Positions 61,101 to 64,000 of a stretch of DNA of 64,000 bases are shown here, in pieces. The notes beneath the pieces are model-generated. The model saw nothing but the letters and a program-made list of their open reading frames with translations. It did not search any database and had not been told where the DNA came from. Origin of the DNA: Bacteroidota bacterium (GTDB taxonomy: Bacteria; Bacteroidota; Bacteroidia; UKL13-3); assembly GCA_027488905.1 (NCBI GenBank), contig JAIYAT010000031.1:36748-100747 (forward strand). Reading direction: 5' to 3'. Every line of letters begins with the position of its first letter. Position 1 is the stretch's first letter. Both the position numbers and the translations under genes were made by a program.

Positions 61101-61507
61101 GAAATTCCGTTATTCAAAACATACAGGCTAATTGAATCAGTAGTGCCAGTGCTGCCGCCAAACTGAATATAAACAGCATTTCTGCTTTGGTTCAAACCAA
61201 TACTATCTGCAAATAGATAATACCTAGCTTGGTTTTGACTGCTTGGGTTAAAGGCAATCCTAAGCCAAAAATCCCATTCGAGGCTATCCTGAGCAACAAA
61301 AGGTAGTGCAAGGAATGCAGGAGTTAAAGAAGATTTTCCTGCTGATTGCAATTGCAAATTGGTATTGATTCTAAATAAGGAGTCGGTTCCCAACCAGTTG
61401 GGAGCATTTGTAAAATCGCCATCTGAGAAGGTTTCGATGGTTTGCGCTTGAACAAAAATTGTCCAAAACATGAAAAGAATTGTAAATAGGTTTTTAGGCA
61501 TATTCAA
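58178..61507 (-). CDS. secreted multi-lamin-tail-domain protein with Ig-like spacers and a T9SS-like C-terminal domain
   Basis: Three [IF][TN]E...D...F[IV]E[IL].N...TPG modules; C-terminal FSPNLDGYND...W.G...GIY. Confidence 0.8.
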   Translation of the reverse strand: MNMPKNLFTILFMFWTIFVQAQTIETFSDGDFTNAPNWLGTDSLFRINTNLQLQSAGKSSLTPAFLALPFVAQDSLEWDFWLRIAFNPSSQNQARYYLFADSIGLNQSRNAVYIQFGGSTGTTDSISLYVLNNGISMPIIRGRPATLGATNNLVQIKVKLYQQKHWQLFSNTSINKQSEMLEGKATFELPFNSAFQGIWFRYTIGNAANLYFDDFYFGPERVDTSAPALVSSNLLSDSSLELYFTEPLEMSKAAFLLNQKPISNFLVQTEKITLYFQEKLGSKQPNTLTLKNICDKKQNCQKDTSISLIYVEPKLHEVLITELLPDPTPSVGLPDAEFIEIYNNSDVPIPLKNLSLADESKTYPFPLTQKVLFPQEFLILFNTKDSALFSAYAQKIAMSLPVLGNEGKALFLLNQKLDTIHSYTYNLNSYQDPQKSQGGYSLEMIHPSRLCQKELNWQASLNPSGGTPGTQNSAWQLGPDIISPTLLSVSFSGLNQLYLKFNEAIYSNEMEPITCTLNNIECLVDTQGTSYLLLTSKDSLQHKKSYKLICSGIKDCSLNESIVDTNLVFYEQREPKFLEVLINEICFDESKPTYFPPTDFIELHNKSNYAINLENLSISTNRLDIPLAPILLYPDSFIILCKTDFAKAFSQYGNAMGLNNFPSLTFNETLTLKNSKGKIIHQVAYKSDWLNNQLYLNPLAASLELSPTNNPCLKEEIWQASLSKLGSTPGRKNSVLKKVEDLTAPHLKMSCLKDSLVLLTFSEDIDSAQIDIRWKNSSNLVSPSYFQNNLQRLSVDARNLNLPQDLQIWAAQDCAGNKMAPEQISIEPSVLAQPGDIVFTEVLFDSYPNQTDFVELHNTNVKPISLDNLILIRKSKDEAEWKEVISLNGPGNCLAPGKTIALHENPIELSKNYSANFLPAILQHSMLSLTDEGGIIELRDSNNFCIDSLNFSKDLHFELLVQTEGISLERLHLFPLDKGNSNWFSSAQMATPGLYFEKANPLLKEAFTATPQVFSPNLDGYNDFVTFNLKNIKETAWARLNILNYKGQLVYESEPNLIGQNHASLRWTGLNRFGQLSEAGIYFAVLEMQDKDGHRDIYRCSFAIAASKH

Positions 61508-61593
61508 AATTAGTTTCTGATAAGTTACCTATTGTTTTAATTTCGTGCTTTGGAAGAATTAAATCAGGTTTATAAGATAGCGAGGTAGAAAAT

Positions 61594-62586
61594 ATGAAAG
61601 TTGCAGTGGTAGGTGCCACAGGATTAGTGGGCACCATGATGTTAAAAGTTTTGGAAGAAAGAGCCTTTCCAATAACGGAGTTGATTCCGGTTGCCTCAGA
61701 AAAATCTGTTGGAAAGAAAATAAGTTTCAAGGGAAAGGAATATTTGGTCCATAGCATGGAACAAGCCATTGCTGCAAAACCAAAAGTAGCCTTGTTTTCT
61801 GCTGGAGGTGGCACATCCTTAGAATGGGCGCCAAAGTTTGCAGCAGCCGGAATTTATGTGATAGACAATTCTTCTGCTTGGCGCATGAATCCTGCAAACA
61901 AATTGGTTGTGCCAGAAATAAATGCCAATACGTTAAGCAAATCAGATTTTATCATTGCAAATCCAAATTGTTCTACCATTCAACTGGTAGCTGTTTTGCA
62001 ACCTTTACATAAGCAATTTCAAATAAATAGAGTAGTGGTTTCTACCTATCAAAGTGTCACTGGCACCGGCGTAAAAGCTGTGCAGCAATTAGAAAATGAG
62101 AGAAATGGAGTTTCTGGAGAAATGGCTTACAAATATCAAATTGATAAAAATGCCATCCCACAAATAGATGTTTTTTTAGACAATGGTTACACCAAGGAAG
62201 AGATGAAAATGGTGAAAGAAACCTGTAAAATAATGGGTGATGACAGTATAAAAGTTACAGCAACTTGTGTAAGAATTCCAGTAATGGGTGGCCATAGCGA
62301 AAGTGTAAACATTAGTTTTAACAAAGCCATAACATTAGCAGAGGTAAATAAATTGTTGGCATCTGCAGCAGGGGTTGTGGTACAAGATAATCCTTCCGAA
62401 GCCTTGTATCCAATGCCATTAACAGCACAGGATAAAGACGATGTGTTTGTGGGTAGAATTAGAATGGACGAATCTTTTCCAAATACAATTAACCTTTGGA
62501 TAGTATCTGATAACCTAAGAAAAGGAGCTGCAACCAATGCTGTTCAAATTGCTGAGTACATGTTTAAAAACGCCTTTTTTGCTTAA
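61594..62586 (+). CDS. asd: aspartate-semialdehyde dehydrogenase
   Basis: VGATGLVG, DNSSAWR, ANPNCSTIQ, DNLRKGAA motifs. Confidence 0.98.
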   Translation: MKVAVVGATGLVGTMMLKVLEERAFPITELIPVASEKSVGKKISFKGKEYLVHSMEQAIAAKPKVALFSAGGGTSLEWAPKFAAAGIYVIDNSSAWRMNPANKLVVPEINANTLSKSDFIIANPNCSTIQLVAVLQPLHKQFQINRVVVSTYQSVTGTGVKAVQQLENERNGVSGEMAYKYQIDKNAIPQIDVFLDNGYTKEEMKMVKETCKIMGDDSIKVTATCVRIPVMGGHSESVNISFNKAITLAEVNKLLASAAGVVVQDNPSEALYPMPLTAQDKDDVFVGRIRMDESFPNTINLWIVSDNLRKGAATNAVQIAEYMFKNAFFA

Positions 62587-62828
62587 TGGAAAAAGAGCTT
62601 CCTACCTATACTAAATCACAATTGGCCTTAAGAAACGGTCAGGATAAGGAACAAATTTGGGTTGCTTATCAAGGATTAATATATGACGTAACCCGAAGTA
62701 GACTTTGGCGCAATGGCAAGCATTATGAACATTGGGCAGGTCAAGATTTAACAGCTGAGTTAGCAGATGCTCCCCACAATCAAAATGTATTTGATAAATA
62801 TGAAGTGATTGGAAAATTAAGCAGTTAG
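62586..62828 (+). CDS. cytochrome b5-like heme/steroid-binding protein
   Basis: WVAY.G.IYDVT, G.H..H.AGQDLT, APH motifs. Confidence 0.88.
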   Translation: MEKELPTYTKSQLALRNGQDKEQIWVAYQGLIYDVTRSRLWRNGKHYEHWAGQDLTAELADAPHNQNVFDKYEVIGKLSS

Positions 62829-63593
62829 TTCTACCCAAACCGGACAATGGTCAGAGTGTTTGGCTTCGGGGATTATACCAGCATCTATGAGTTTTAGTTT
62901 AAGATTATCAGAAACTAAACAATAGTCAATGCGCCAACCTTTATTGTTGTTTCTGGCATTGGCACGATAACTCCACCAACTGTATTGATGTGGTTGTGCA
63001 TAGAAATTTCTAAAGGTATCCACAAATCCTGATTGGATAAATTGTTCCATCCATTCGCGTTCTTCTGGCAAGAATCCACTGCTATTTTTATTAGAAACAG
63101 GGTCATGAATATCAATTGGTTTATGGCAAATATTATAATCACCGCAAATAATAAGCTCGCTTCTGGTTTTTTTTAATTCTCTGATGTAAGCATCAAAAAA
63201 GCTTAACCAACGCATTTTATAAGCTTGGCGCTCATCGCCGCTTGAACCACTAGGCATATAAACACTAATAATACTTGTTGAACCAAAATCTGCGCGAATG
63301 ATTCGACCTTCATTATCCCATTCTGGATGGTTAAACCCATAAGTAATTAAATCAGGCATTATTTTGGAGAAAATGGCCACGCCACTGTATCCTTTTTTTT
63401 CTGCGCTGAACCAAAATTGATAAGGATACCCTATTACCTCAAATAAAAAGGATTGAACTTGATCAGAGGTAGCTTTAACCTCCTGAAAACAGTAAACATC
63501 AGCTTTTTGAGCTTGCATAAAATCTACTAGACCTTTTGTCATAGCAGAGCGAATGCCATTTAAATTGTAGGATATTATTTTCATGTGCTGCAA
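62817..63593 (-). CDS. xth: exodeoxyribonuclease III / AP endonuclease
   Basis: SYNLNGIR, QEVK, GYSGV, GDYN, GWRIDY, SDHCP motifs. Confidence 0.96.
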   Translation of the reverse strand: MQHMKIISYNLNGIRSAMTKGLVDFMQAQKADVYCFQEVKATSDQVQSFLFEVIGYPYQFWFSAEKKGYSGVAIFSKIMPDLITYGFNHPEWDNEGRIIRADFGSTSIISVYMPSGSSGDERQAYKMRWLSFFDAYIRELKKTRSELIICGDYNICHKPIDIHDPVSNKNSSGFLPEEREWMEQFIQSGFVDTFRNFYAQPHQYSWWSYRANARNNNKGWRIDYCLVSDNLKLKLIDAGIIPEAKHSDHCPVWVELTA

Positions 63594-63677
63594 GGATAAG
63601 AAAGCTATTAAAAAAAATATTCATTTTGTTTTAAAATGTTGCATTTAAGTGGTCCACTTTTTACACATTTGTAGCAC

Positions 63678-64000
63678 ATGAATGTTGAGGTAAAAAAGTC
63701 TAAAATTCCAAATGCAGGTAAAGGCCTGTTTGCAACGGCCTTATTTAAAAGAGGTGATCAAATTATTGAGTATACAGGAGACCAAATTACCTGGGCCGAG
63801 TGTCAGAAAAGAAATGAGGCTTTGGATGGAGTGGGAGCCTATTATTTTTATATCTCGGAAAAGAAATGTATTGATGCCTTATATAGATTAGACTCTTTGG
63901 CGCGTTATGTGAATGATGCTGCTGGGTTTGTAAGAATCCCTGGCATTAGAAATAATTCAAGGTTTGAGATTATAAAAGGTAAACCTTATATAGTTGCTAG
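63678..64000 (+). CDS. SET-domain protein-lysine methyltransferase family protein (runs off the window; not in the ORF track)
   Basis: My translation: MNVEVKKSKIPNAGKGLFA...IIEYTGD...IDA....ARYVNDA; G.GLFA, EY.G and AR..N are SET motifs. Confidence 0.85.
   Translation, partial: MNVEVKKSKIPNAGKGLFATALFKRGDQIIEYTGDQITWAECQKRNEALDGVGAYYFYISEKKCIDALYRLDSLARYVNDAAGFVRIPGIRNNSRFEIIKGKPYIVA

Larger units (their letters stand above)
7643..61198. repeat. dispersed quasi-palindromic repeat, consensus TYGGTTTGAACCRA
   Basis: Exact GGTTTGAACC/GGTTCAAACC cores starting at 7643, 8856, 14444, 17008, 29276, 36202, 41852, 45218, 48162, 51037, 58064, 58144, 60022, 60701, 61189 (manual scan). Confidence 0.9.

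Noticed and set aside
7643-61198. Dispersed motif explained by a shared peptide or by tRNA T-loop remnants
   Set aside because: It occurs in three different codon phases or strands of unrelated proteins and intergenically, and no tRNA structure surrounds the copies
1-64000. Apparent rise in GC content from the left part to the right part of the window
   Set aside because: Visual impression only; not quantified and no sharp boundary seen

Overview
A 64 kb chromosomal segment of an AT-rich Bacteroidota bacterium. The assignment rests on TAnnTTTG -7 promoters, T9SS-type C-terminal domains and the DUF3127/DUF2480/DUF4175/DUF5723/IPExxxVDY families. Most of the window is housekeeping genes (aspS, ndk, cysS, pth, rplY, prs, tRNA-Gln, truA, rnc, fabF, acpP, pyk, anmK, purF, lptB, purE, rsmI, lnt, asd, xth), mixed with envelope lipoproteins, beta-barrels, glycan genes and two large secreted proteins. 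I saw no transposase, integrase, phage or cas gene. Two signals are not explained by the gene content. (1) A dispersed 14-bp quasi-palindrome TYGGTTTGAACCRA: I found 15 exact copies of its 10-bp core by eye plus many one-mismatch copies, 14 of the 15 inside genes in three reading frames, which resembles uptake sequences, HIP1 or chromosome-organising sites. (2) A non-coding array of 21 units of 21-22 bp at 54357-54813 with the core GAACTAGGT, followed by a long inverted repeat and an orphan lipoprotein gene. All counts are manual and all family calls are by motif recognition, not database search.
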